Positions 22,128 through 33,100 of a stretch of 64,000 nt of DNA are shown here, piece after piece. The translations under genes and the position numbers were made by a program. The stretch is from Cyanidioschyzon merolae. Taxonomy: Eukaryota. The DNA lies in the NCBI GenBank assembly GCA_000091205.1, contig AP006496.2; one strand, given 5' to 3'. Within the stretch, counting starts at the first letter, position 1. The number at the start of each line of letters is the position of its first letter. The notes beneath the pieces were generated by a model, which worked only from the letters and a program-made list of their open reading frames with translations, was not told the DNA's origin and ran no database searches.

Positions 22128-22796
22128 ATGCAGCGGTTTCTCGATAGCATAAGTGCAGCGACGCAGGCAAAGTCTCCGGCGGAGCACGAGACACTGGTCG
22201 CCATGGCCGACCTCTACGCTATCATCACTTGCGTGGAGTACCTGGAGCGGGCGTGGCGCGCTAACGCCGTCTCCGATGAAGACTACACACGCAACTGCTC
22301 ACGATTGATCGCACAGTTTCGGGCAACGCGTCAGCTCGTCATGGACGATGTGCCGTCTGTGATATCCTTTCTTGAGGAGTACCACCTCGCTGCCCGAGCG
22401 GCGATGAATCGACTGCAGGTCGGTGTGCCTGCCACCGTCGAGCATGCAAACAGCAGCGATGAGACGCGAAGGCGTAACTTTACAGCGGCTGCAATACAGG
22501 CAACCGAGGCGTTCTTGACATTCCGTGACGCGTTGGAACTCGGCGAGCGTTCGGTCGACCGTTTGCTCCCGTATTTGCGAGAAATCCTGCTGGTCCTCGG
22601 CAGAATGGGCGCGGTTTTTGGGACAGCCGACGGTGACGCTACCGTCCAGAGAGAGCGCATTGTGCAGTGGGTTCGGCGTCTAGACGCAATGCACGCCTAT
22701 GAGCAGATCACTGAGGAAGACAAACGACAACTCGCGCACGACGTCGATACGCTGTACGATACCTTCCGACGCCGAGTAGGCGAGCTTGAAATGTAG
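22128..22796 (+). CDS. VPS28: ESCRT-I subunit VPS28
   Basis: AMADLYAIITCVEYLERAWRANAVSDEDYTRNCSRLIAQFRATR...SVISFLEEYHLAARAAMNRLQVGVPATVEH aligns with human VPS28 ([44 protein letters not shown]...[20 protein letters not shown]). The C-terminal four-helix domain is present. Start chosen at Met 22128 (MQRFLDS...) within ORF 22047..22796. Confidence 0.85.
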   Translation: MQRFLDSISAATQAKSPAEHETLVAMADLYAIITCVEYLERAWRANAVSDEDYTRNCSRLIAQFRATRQLVMDDVPSVISFLEEYHLAARAAMNRLQVGVPATVEHANSSDETRRRNFTAAAIQATEAFLTFRDALELGERSVDRLLPYLREILLVLGRMGAVFGTADGDATVQRERIVQWVRRLDAMHAYEQITEEDKRQLAHDVDTLYDTFRRRVGELEM

Positions 22797-23032
22797 GTCG
22801 TGCGGCACGGCGACGTCATATGGAAACGGAGACCCTAACGGGATACGGGCCTGATGCAGCACGCCTATCATCATTGATGATCCAGCGAAAAGTACCCAGA
22901 TGGGTTCAATCAAAGCGTACTACGTACTGCATGGACTGGTACCTGGTGCGAAAGGCAATCGAAATTGCGATAGCAGCAGCAGTAGTAGTAGTAGTAGCGC
23001 ATCCAAGCTTTATATTCGAGCCGCATGCTGCC

Positions 23033-24256
23033 TTACAAGGAGGCATCCTCTCGCGCGTGCTGTGAGGGCTTCGATTCACGCTGCTTCGCACTGGATTCCA
23101 GTGCATCTGCCCGAGAGATGCTCGACCGAAGAGGTCGCCTTGCCTTCCCCGGATGACGCCTGTGTCCCTTTTGGATGCGGCCCTGGATGCGCCCAGCAGC
23201 TCCTGCGGCAGAAAAACGCCGCTCTCGAGGCACCCGCTTTCGAGACTCCTCCGGATACGAACGACGACGTTGTTGCTTTCGGGGCTGCCTCACCGAACGA
23301 CTCCAGGCGCTCTGGGGGTTTGGGCGCTCCGGCCGCACGTCGACTACCGTCGCTCGGCGGATACGTAAAGGCAGCCAGGTATTATGCGATGACGGGAAGG
23401 GTCGTGCAGGTCGCCACCACAGCAGCGGATCAGCAGCAGGCATGAAAACCGAACCCGTCTCTGGCTTCAGGTTTGTTGCAGACGCCGGAGGAGCAGTCAA
23501 CGCGCCCTGTTTCGGGGAGTGCTCGTTGCTCGCTGACGCTGCGGCATCCTGCAGAGGTTGCTGCGGCTCTGTAGCGGCAAGCATGCTCGGTTGCTCCGCA
23601 TCGTCGTTCATCCGCGAAACAGGCGCCTCTACCTCCGCTGCGTCTTTCTTCAGCTCAGGATCATGCTGCGCAGTTTCTTCTCGGCGCTGATGCTCCGCCA
23701 TCGACGACTGCTGAATACCAAGCCAGCGCTCTTCCTCCGCACGCAGAACATCGGGTTCCATCGGAGGACCTATGCTGAGCCGAGCGAGCACCCAGTTCGC
23801 GGTATGCTCATCCGCAAAAACAGCGTTACACGAGGAGTCATTGATCCACTCTATCCAGCTCGGCTCGATGCACTCGTTCTCCACGAAATAACGTTTCAAG
23901 TCTCGCGTGGATAAACGATCCACTCCGTAGAGGTGCAACGCCTCAGGGCGCGGAGCCTCTCCCTCGGCAACGTGTCGAGGCTTCTCCAGCGTCTCAAACG
24001 GCACCAGTACGGCGCCCTCGGGGAGCAGAAACGGATCCACGTCCGTAAACCCATACGTTGTGGCGGGCTGGTCGAAGAGTTGCGCCCACAGAGGGCGTTC
24101 TCGCTGTTCTGCTTCACGCGAGAGGTCGAAACCGCTCACAAGAGCTCCAGTCTCCGCGAACAAGGGTGCAGGAGCCGCCCCGCTGCTTCCGGCCAGCGTC
24201 GAGACGAACGTTTTCGAATGCTCTCCGCCAAACGAATCCGCCGGAGCGGACGTCAT
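23033..24256 (-). CDS. NCBP3: NCBP3-like protein (nuclear cap-binding protein subunit 3, DUF2414-type RRM-like domain)
   Basis: LHLYGVDRLSTRDLKRYFVENECIEPSWIEWINDSSCNAVFADEHTANWVLARLS matches the conserved NCBP3 N-terminal block (GVD.LST..V..YF...P..IEW.DD.SCNVV..DE.TA..AL). The rest of the ORF is acidic then Arg-rich, typical of NCBP3. It is convergent with VPS28, with a 237-bp gap. Confidence 0.6.
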   Translation of the reverse strand: MTSAPADSFGGEHSKTFVSTLAGSSGAAPAPLFAETGALVSGFDLSREAEQRERPLWAQLFDQPATTYGFTDVDPFLLPEGAVLVPFETLEKPRHVAEGEAPRPEALHLYGVDRLSTRDLKRYFVENECIEPSWIEWINDSSCNAVFADEHTANWVLARLSIGPPMEPDVLRAEEERWLGIQQSSMAEHQRREETAQHDPELKKDAAEVEAPVSRMNDDAEQPSMLAATEPQQPLQDAAASASNEHSPKQGALTAPPASATNLKPETGSVFMPAADPLLWWRPARPFPSSHNTWLPLRIRRATVVDVRPERPNPQSAWSRSVRQPRKQQRRRSYPEESRKRVPRERRFSAAGAAGRIQGRIQKGHRRHPGKARRPLRSSISRADALESSAKQRESKPSQHAREDASL

Positions 24257-24825
24257 CCTCGTACGGTAGCTAGACGGAGCTCTTCCGTTCGACTATCGAG
24301 TAAAGAGCCGCTTTCTCGTTCTGAAACTGGTCGCCCACAGCGTCGAGCGTCGAGCGACAGCCTCAGCACTCGTTCGTGCCCTAAACTCGCGTTGAATAAA
24401 ACTGGAACACTGATGTGTACGCTCTGTTCTTGTCATTCGATAATTGTTTTAGATGTACAGTGTCGATATCCAAGTGCAGCTATCGGGACTGTCAAATTCA
24501 TGCGTACTTTTAGGATGCTCGGTTGTCTTTCCGGTGTGACGCCTTTGGCTCGTCGCAACTGGAACTCGCTGCACCACCGGAAAGATGATGATACGCGACA
24601 CCCTGGAACAGTGGCTCGCAGCATCATCGTTCGTTATCCAAGGCATGGGCAGAGGTCCCCAGTGTTCCCCATTTCCTTAGGTAGAGCATGCCCGAATCAG
24701 GTGTTCTTCAAGTTTTCGATGTTCCTGTTTCACGGCGGCTTGTGGGCGCAGCGATTCGCGCCGATGGATGAACCACGAGGACATACTCGACGTCGTTTCT
24801 CGATGACTCGTTCACAAGCTCGTGC

Positions 24826-25076
24826 CGGAACTTCACTCAACACGTCACTTCAAACCATCGATGTCGATCGAAAGTCGCGTCGTCATTTGTCTACGATCAT
24901 CGAGGAAACTGCATCCGATAACAGCATGATACTGCCTACGTGACTTGATCCCGGTTCACTCAACACGTCACTTCAAACCATCGATGTCGATCGAAAGTCG
25001 CGTCGTCATTTGTCTACGATCATCGAGGAAACTGCATCCGATAACAGCATGATACTGCCTACGTGCCTTGATCCCG
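24826..25076. repeat. ~125-bp tandem duplication (2 copies) immediately upstream of repeat-family copy B
   Basis: The unit ccgg..ttcactcaacacgtcacttcaaaccatcgatgtcgatcgaaagtcgcgtcgtcatttgtctacgatcatcgaggaaactgcatccgataacagcatgatactgcctacgtg.cttgatc is repeated head-to-tail with one mismatch. Confidence 0.9.
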
Positions 25077-25086
25077 GAGGCTTCCA

Positions 25087-25800
25087 TCATTCCTTTCTGG
25101 ATGGAAACGCTTTTTGGAGTCTGACTTGAGTCATCAAGTAGATCGCTTTAAGTAGAACGTGCCTCACTGATATGCATGAACGGAGCATAGATCGATCAAA
25201 AGTTCTCGACATGTTCTCGAGCATAGATTCTCCTTCCGGTGCTTGTTCCATCATGGACAGCATCGAGTTCCACAAATCGTCCATCGGATGGACCGGCATG
25301 CGCTTGCGTGTGCAACAGACAAAGAACTCTTCGAGGGCATCGACCAAAAGAAGCTCGTGATCGTGCGGTACGGCACCGGGTACGGAAACCGAGGACGGCA
25401 ACAACACGAGTCTCCCGTACCGGTCAACGGCATGGAGCAAGCGATGTCGTGCTGGTCACGCGTAACAGGGTCGACCTCGGGGACAGCGGTAGGCGTCGTG
25501 TACATCTGCGAACATCTGACTACATTCAGTTGTCACAGCTGCAAAGAGCGTACCGAGGCCGTGATGAAAAGTACGTAAACTGCAAGCGAAGCGTACCTGG
25601 CGACATACATCTGTGCATGAAATGCATGAGCAAAATTCGAGAGCAGCTGAGTTCGGACTTTTTCTGCTGTTATCAGCAGCGTTCGAATACTGACGACAGA
25701 GCTGGAGCAACAGCAGAGACCTGCATATGTAAAGCCGGACACACGCGAGAGATGAAGAGCGCGCAGTCACAGCGAACACCCGCACAACCCTGACACTGAC
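25087..25800 (+). mobile_element. Copy B of the dispersed transposon-like repeat family
   Basis: ORF 25243..25578(+) MFHHGQHRVPQIVHRMDRHALACATDKELFEGIDQKKLVIVRYGTGYGNRG...EHLTTFSCHSCKERTEAV is homologous to copies A and C. It is flanked on the left by the 125-bp tandem duplication. Confidence 0.45.
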
Positions 25801-27154
25801 CACAGTATAAACAAACCAAAACCTGAGCTCTTCCGACCCAGATTGGTAAATAAACCCGTTCGATTCCTCTGACATGGGTGTACCTCGTCAAGCCCTCAGG
25901 TGGTATGACGTTATGGGACACGCGGTTAGCCGACGAGACCTCTACCCGTTGCGTCTTGTCTGCGGACAGAATTCTCCGAATAACCTACCCGCTAGAGACA
26001 GGTGCATGCGCTCGTCCGAGGCGACCTAGTGGAACATCGAGAAACGCTGGTGAAACTCGAGTCTCATATCCTCAGACGGACGACGATTCTCCTGGACACG
26101 CTTGCCTGCACCTACTGTTGCTCGACAGGGCCTCGCTAGGTGACTAGAAGCGCTCGCCTGCCGGGAGGTCGTCTCCGTGCCTAGCCTGCGTCCAAGGTAC
26201 GAAATACCTTTCGCACCCGGTCCGGTACGTGGAACCACCAGGAGAAGCACAGGTCGTAGAAAACGGAAATAGACGGTGAACTCGAGTCATAGTTTAGCTT
26301 CGGTGTCGCCTACGTGTTCACCAGTTGCGGTACAAAGAAGAATACCCAAACTCTTGTGAACGGCTCCAGCGGAACGTATCTTTCAGACCAGCCAACAACG
26401 CTGCAATCATAGCCATCATACTATGTCGCTGAAGCTCGCTCACCTACCTCATAGGAGAGCCTTCTCAACCGTGCACCTTGACGTCGTCTGAGTGCCAAGG
26501 TGCGTCCACGAGTCCTCATTTGAGCGTCTGCGTATCAACAACAACAAAAACGATCCCTCTGGGAGCTCCGTATCAACGAACGTTGGCTTGGGCGTTCAGC
26601 TCGCGGTGCGAAACTGTCTGAGCAGGCACTTTGGGTCTTGGCCTGGTCTCTTTCTTTTGGCTAACGTTAGAAAAACTGCTTGAACGAGGTATCCTGGTCT
26701 TCGACGGAGACCTGCACGACACTGGCGATTGGTCTGTCCGCTAGGTTGCGAACAGCGCTTTTCAAGCGCTGCGTCGACGATACCGCTTCGTTCCTCGTCC
26801 GTTGAAGCGCTGGAAAACGAAAGCCTTTGGTCGTTCTACTGCTAGCCAAGAGCGCTCTTGGAGCGTAACGTCAACGTCATCGCGTAGTACCCAGCTTGCC
26901 GGGGCGTTGTTGTTGCTGTTGTTGTTGAACAGGACCGCATCCCGGTCAGCGACAACGTCTGTGATTCGTTTCGTTTGCGAACGACACTGCTACTTTGATA
27001 CGAGCGTCCGTAAAGTGACGGCCGCTTCTCGGTACCAGCTGAGCGAGCACGCTCCGAGTCCAAATCCTGGATGCGCTGCATGCTCGGAGAGTGCTTCGCT
27101 CGAGCTTACTGGTAAGCGAGTCGGTGAGCAAGCGCCAACACACAACATTGTGCC

Positions 27155-30100
27155 TTGGCAATGGGCGCTGCCGAAGCTCGTTCAGAAGAGCTTGAAGCAC
27201 TCCAAGCTATCTACGGGTCTGAGCTACGCATCCTAAGCGACGACGACGAACTCCACTTCGAGGTCGACGTCCATGTGGCGAGTGCAAACCAACCTGCCAA
27301 CGACGCTCTAGGCGTGCGACTACGCTTTCATCTACCGCAAGGCTATCCAAGTGGAGGCTGGCGAGCTCGAGCCCGTGTTGGTGTCTCCGCTGGTCCAGCA
27401 TCGACACAGAAATGGTCGTTATCGCCGAATGATCTGGAGGTACTGCGGAGAAAGATCCAGAGCCTCTGTGAGGAAGCCGCCAGAGCGCGAACATCTGTGG
27501 GCTACGAGGTGGTAGAGCTCGCGCGAACCTTTCTCCGCGAATACCTCGAGGCAAGCCATGATCTCGGCGAAGCAGGGACCATTGTTCGTCCACTCCACGA
27601 GGCCATGCTTGAGCGTGAACAGCGACAGTTTGAGGAACAAGAGCGTGCTGAACTGGAACGAACCGCCCAGCAGCGAGAGCGTCTCGAGAGGTTGCAGCAG
27701 CAGCGCGAGGAGGCCGAGCGGCTTCAGACGCTGGAGGCTCTCGCTGCCGAAGAGCGACTTGCGCGCAAACTCCAGTACCAGCGGATGGCGGAGTCATCGA
27801 CAGCAGTCGACGAAGACGGGCACTGCACAGCGGAAGGAGGCTCGGGCATTGCCACGAACGCACACCCCTGGGACGTTCCACCTTCGTGGACGATTCTGGA
27901 AGCGTTGCGGGAAACTCTGCAACAGCAGTCAGAGAGGCGTGTAGCGCGTGATTTGGATGATGTGTCGATATGGTCGGGGCACCAAGATGATCTCGATGCA
28001 GAACGTAGCGAGCATTCGGACGGTGATGCCACCGCACAGCCTGCTGCTGCGTATGAGAGGGTCTCGAGCGTAGCCGCCTGGGAAGCGGCATCGTACGGTG
28101 TCTCGCAGGGCATTCGCTCCTCTTGGTTATCGTTGGGGTCTCTGCGAACGTCATCATCATCGCCGTCGTCCAGTTTATCCCATAGTATGCGTAGTGCGTC
28201 TTCGGACGATAGCAGTATCGCCGTTGCCGAGTTCCCTCGTGCGCTCAGGAAAGGCAAGCACCCGAGTCAGTCCGCCAGCGTAAGCGGATCGCCGTCGACC
28301 TCGGAGAATACTGGCATCTTTGCCGACTGGTGTTGGACCCACTCGAAGCCACACAGGTCATCGGCATGCGGTACCTCCACAGACGCATCATCGGCGTCAA
28401 AGTCGGGCTGCAGTGCCTCTGCATCGACGAAGACTAGCCCTGCACAGCAGACGCTACCTGGAACCGCTGCTAAAAGCGGTTCTGAAAGAGCGCGACGCAG
28501 CCGCCGCCGCCGCAGCCGCCGCCACCACCACCACCACCACGACCGAGTTCCGTCGAGCACATATACCGTTCAACAAGAGCACCAACAACAGGTCTTGAAG
28601 TGGTTTCTCGAGAGCCTCTGCGCCCAGATGACACCAGATGAGGCTGCTGCGGCTTGTGCGCGATGGCATCGCAAACTCGGCATTGTACTGGAGCGCTCGG
28701 CAGCGGCGGCATCAGCGTCAGAAGACTGCGACGATGATCGTATCCAGGGCATTCCCAGTGCTCCACTAATGATCCAACTCAACGATGATCGCGACGTGGA
28801 TGGTAGCGTCACAAATCTGCTCTCGTTCGGGGAAGCCTTGACCCGCAAGGCACCTGATCGGCTAGAGGCGACGGTGAAACGGGTTCTGGGCAGCACTGCC
28901 TGGCATTATTGTCGCCAGTTTGTCCATGGAGAGCGGTTTCGCAAGACGTCACATGGACGTGCACAGCAGTCGTTGCAGTCAGGTCAGGAGAAAGAACGGA
29001 AAGCGCCCCTGTCGTTAACGTCGCACACACATGCACAGCACACGCTACAATTCGGCCATGGAGAAGAGCGGCGACATCGATCCCTGCTGCAGGGCAATGT
29101 GCCGCCTGCTGGCACTCGAAAACGTACTTCCCGCTTCGAAACAGACTTTGACATGTTGGAGCTGCTCGGTCGTGGTGGTTTTGGCGCTGTGGTCAAGGTC
29201 CGACAGCGACTTGACGGGCGCATCTACGCTGTCAAGATCGTGCCGCTGCACCGCAAGGACCTTGAAGATCCGCGGATCCTGCGAGAAACCACCACATTGA
29301 GCCGCTTAGCGCACCCACGTTGTGTACGCTACTATGGGTGCTGGGTGGAGCCTATCGATGTGCTGCGGTTCTCAGAGGCCCTTTCGAGTGCTCGCACTGG
29401 TGCCCAAGACTCGCAACGCGCCCTTGGTGCTGCGTCTGCAGCGAATACATCCGCTGCACAGTACCAAGCACAGCAGCAGCAGCAGCAGCCATCTTTATCC
29501 TTGGCATCGCTTGTGTTGCGGGAGCAGCTCTCGTATTCGATGCCTTCCAGCGATACAACTGGAGCAACGTCCGCTGGCCCCGAGTCATCGAGTGCCATCG
29601 TCGCTTTTCTCTTCATTCAGATGGAGTACTGTCCACGCACACTGCGCGCTTTTATCGATCAAGACTTGGACGCTGGTACCGATCTGTGGCAAGTCTTTCG
29701 ACAGATTGTCGAAGGTGTTGAGTACCTGCATTCGCTGATGCTCATCCATCGGGACTTGAAGCCAACCAATATTTTCGTTGGCGGGCCTCGTGTCTCGTCG
29801 TCTCCTTCTCAAGGTACGCTTGGTGATCGTTTGTCGCACACCTGGACGGAGACCGAGTCCATTTCGATCAAAATAGGAGACTTTGGGCTGGCGACCACGC
29901 TGAGTGTGGCGTCTCTCCGACGTGCCCCGGGCGCTGCCGAAGCGACGAATGCACGCGGAACTGCTGATGCTGCTAGTGCTGATGGTGCTGGTGAAACAAG
30001 TGCTGCCCTGGAGCTGACGCGCTCAGTTGGAACCGCCTTCTATCGAGCACCCGAATTATCCATGAGGCCAGCGAGCAACGAGCAGGATACCGAGCAGCCG

Positions 30101-33100
30101 ATATCGTCATCGCCCACCTACGACACCAAAGTCGATATCTACGCGCTCGGCGTCATCTTGTTCGAACTCTTCTACGGTCCCATGCAGCGTACTGCTGCCA
30201 CAGCCGCTCCTGGATGCAAGACCAGTGGAGATGGCTCCAGCTCCGTAACCGAACACGAACGTTTTGTGATACTGACGAATTTGCGCGAAAGGCTGCAAGT
30301 ACCTGCAGCGTTCGCGGAAAAGCTCCCGCGTCAAACCCGCTTGATCCGCCTCCTGATGGCAAAGAACCCCGACGAACGCCCCAGTGCAAAGCAGTTGTTG
30401 AAGATGCTTCCGGTGAAAGTCGAACACGAGTACTGGTCCGAGCTGCTACAGGCAGTTGCAGATCCAGTGTCCACTGTGGACCGGCGACTCCGAACACGCG
30501 TCATTGGGGCGCTTTTCGAGGGCGCCTTGCGTGGAGCGGCACCACTTGTGCGGAAGCGCGACATCCACCAGGCGCCGGGTGAATCCTCACATGCGTCGTC
30601 TGGTGCAGCGCATGGTATCGTCCACAGCTGCCTCGAGGCATCACCTGTAGCCTGGAACTGCCTCCACCAGGCTGTTGCCGTACTGCAGCGTCATCAGAGT
30701 GTTGCGTTCGTGCTCCAGCACCATGTGGACGCTTCTGTACTGGATTCGCGCATCGCAAACGGACTGCGTCGAGTGAACACCACGGAAGCGCACCGGACTC
30801 GCCACCAGCTGGGTAGCAACGGTACCGGTGGCGTCGAGAGTGCACAACGCCTTGTCAGAGCGGGTACCGAAGGTGTGGCGGGGTATTCGCAGGCCGCAGC
30901 AGCAGGTCGTCGAGCCGCCACGCCGGTGTTATTGCCCACTGGCGAATACGTTTGGTTGCCTGCGGAACGATTTCATGACTTTCTGGAGCAGTGGATGTCA
31001 TCCAGTGCAGCTGTGGAAGCGTTGACGCGAGCCAGCATTGCACCTCCCTTGCGCTTCCATCGAGTCGCCACGGTCTGGGGCTGGCGTTCACTGGATGCCC
31101 CCAGGAGCTTTGACGACCCGCTGGCGGGTTGTGCATACCTTGAGGCGCTTTTCGAGGCGCCTGGGCTCAGCAAAAGCGCTCCTGCAAACATCCGCAGCGG
31201 TGAGCGTCTCGTCCAGCGCCGTTCGGGTGCAATGTCTGCAGCGGCAAGCGTTCATGTGTCGTCGTCGTCGTCGTCGTCGTCGTTGGCATGCCGAGTGCGC
31301 TCGAACGAGAGCTCGATGCAGGCTTCGCGCTCCTCTTCGATGGGTACCGTCGCTAGCGACGAGCAGCTGCATGGCGCTGCGAGCGCTCTATGGTGGCACT
31401 CTACCTCAGCCGAGCGGCACGAGCTTTTCGCGACGACCCTGCTTGAGTTCGATGAGCTGCAGTTGAAGTTACGGCGGCGGCGGTGGCGGCGACGACGACG
31501 ACAACGACAACGACGAGGTCAAGAGACAACCAGCGCACTGCTCCTCGTCGATGCTGAGCTTCTCTTCATGGCGACGAGTTTGCTCTGGCCCTATTGTCCG
31601 TCTACAGGTCCAATGAAACTGGTTTCGACAGCGGAACAGCGAACGAGTGGTACGAGCACGTCGACTGGACGTCGCGGGAGCAAAGCGCGTCAGCGGCAGA
31701 ACCGCCGCGGCACACATTCAGCTTCCACTGGTGCTGCTTCTGCTTCTGCTTCTGCTGCTTCTGGTAGTGCGTCCGTGTCGACAACGAGTGTTGAAAAGGT
31801 GCTCATCCGCATCGGACATACGGGTCTGACGCGGGCACTCACCCGAGCGCTGCTCACAGGAAGTTCCAGCAGCAGCAGCAGCAGCAGCAGCTGCAGCAAT
31901 AGCAATGTGTATCGTGCGCTGGAGTATGAGGACGTCGGCGACCAGGCTGGAGCGCTTGCGCAGTTACGTGCCGCACTGCACCAGCACTTGCGACTGGGGT
32001 GGAACGGACTCTTACGGCTGTTGGCGACGGCAACGGAGCATCCGTGGAACAAGCCCAGTGCCCAAACTGCTCGTCGACATGCGGAGCAGTTGGTGCATGC
32101 TTGCCAGCAACTTGCACCGCTGTCGATGCTCCAGCAGTTGGCCACGAGCACGGCGGTGCTGGTTACCGGAGGTCAAGCGGCTTTCGTGCAGGCCGCCCTG
32201 GTTCAACTCGAACGCGTCCTCTGCCAGTGGGCGCTGCTGCTGGACCACGGCGAATGGTTAGCGCCTTTTGGGGTGTCTTTGGAAGCAGCAGCAACAACAA
32301 CAACAACAACAGCAACAGCAACAGTAGTAGTAGCGAGAGACGCAGCCGATACCCCAGGCATGTCGAAGGCGCCCGTCGCGCAGCCGTGGCCGCCCCAGGG
32401 ACCTGTGCGGGTACTGGTGGACCCATTTCTGTGGCCTGTTGGGGCAGCGAGTCTCGAGCGGTTTACAAGCTCGGATCAGGTGTGCTTTGAGGCGTCTTTA
32501 ATCACCACTGGAGAGACGGGCACGCGGCATGTACGTCCAGTGCTCTGGGGCGGTCACTGGCAACGCGGCTTTCGGGCGCCACAACCGGCACCCGCTTCTG
32601 CAGCCACTAAAGCATCCAAGGGGCTCTCGATGCCGGCACCACTGACGCTACCCGAGTTATACGGCTGTGGTTTCGTTGTGGATTTGAGTTTGCTGGCTGC
32701 CGTGGCCACGATGGGCCTGACGTCTTCGCTGGACTTGTCGAGCCGCTTGCTCGCCTCGGTGTACGTCGGGATGCTGCGCGAGTCCACAGCGACGACAGTC
32801 GCACGCGCAGCATCCGCCAGTGTGATGTATCTGGTGCTCCTGGGGCATCTCTGGCGTCAAGGCTGGTGCTGTATCCCCGACGACAACGATGACGACGACG
32901 ACAATCATGGTGATGAGGTTGATGATAACAATGTCGGTGATGAAGACGATCATCATGATGACGATGATGACGATGACGAGCACAGCGGCAACGACACCCA
33001 TGGTCTAGCGGGGCGAAGCCTTCACGAACACCTCCAGCGAGCAGGAGCGCGCTCATGTCGTTTTCTGGTGCTCATACGCGCTCACGATGCGTCTGTACTC

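Noticed and set aside
21341-22147. 268-aa ORF upstream of VPS28
   Set aside because: Extremely Arg/Ser/Pro-rich with no domain similarity. It overlaps the more convincing VPS28 start region in another frame. It is most likely non-coding 5-prime or intergenic sequence.
23933-24943. 336-aa ORF on the plus strand antisense to the NCBP3-like gene. Similar long antisense ORFs were noticed at 19161..19883, 19825..20583, 27207..28160 and 8387..8956.
   Set aside because: These are Arg/Ala/Ser-rich translations typical of GC-rich DNA opposite a real gene. They have no recognisable motifs and overlap well-supported CDSs almost completely.
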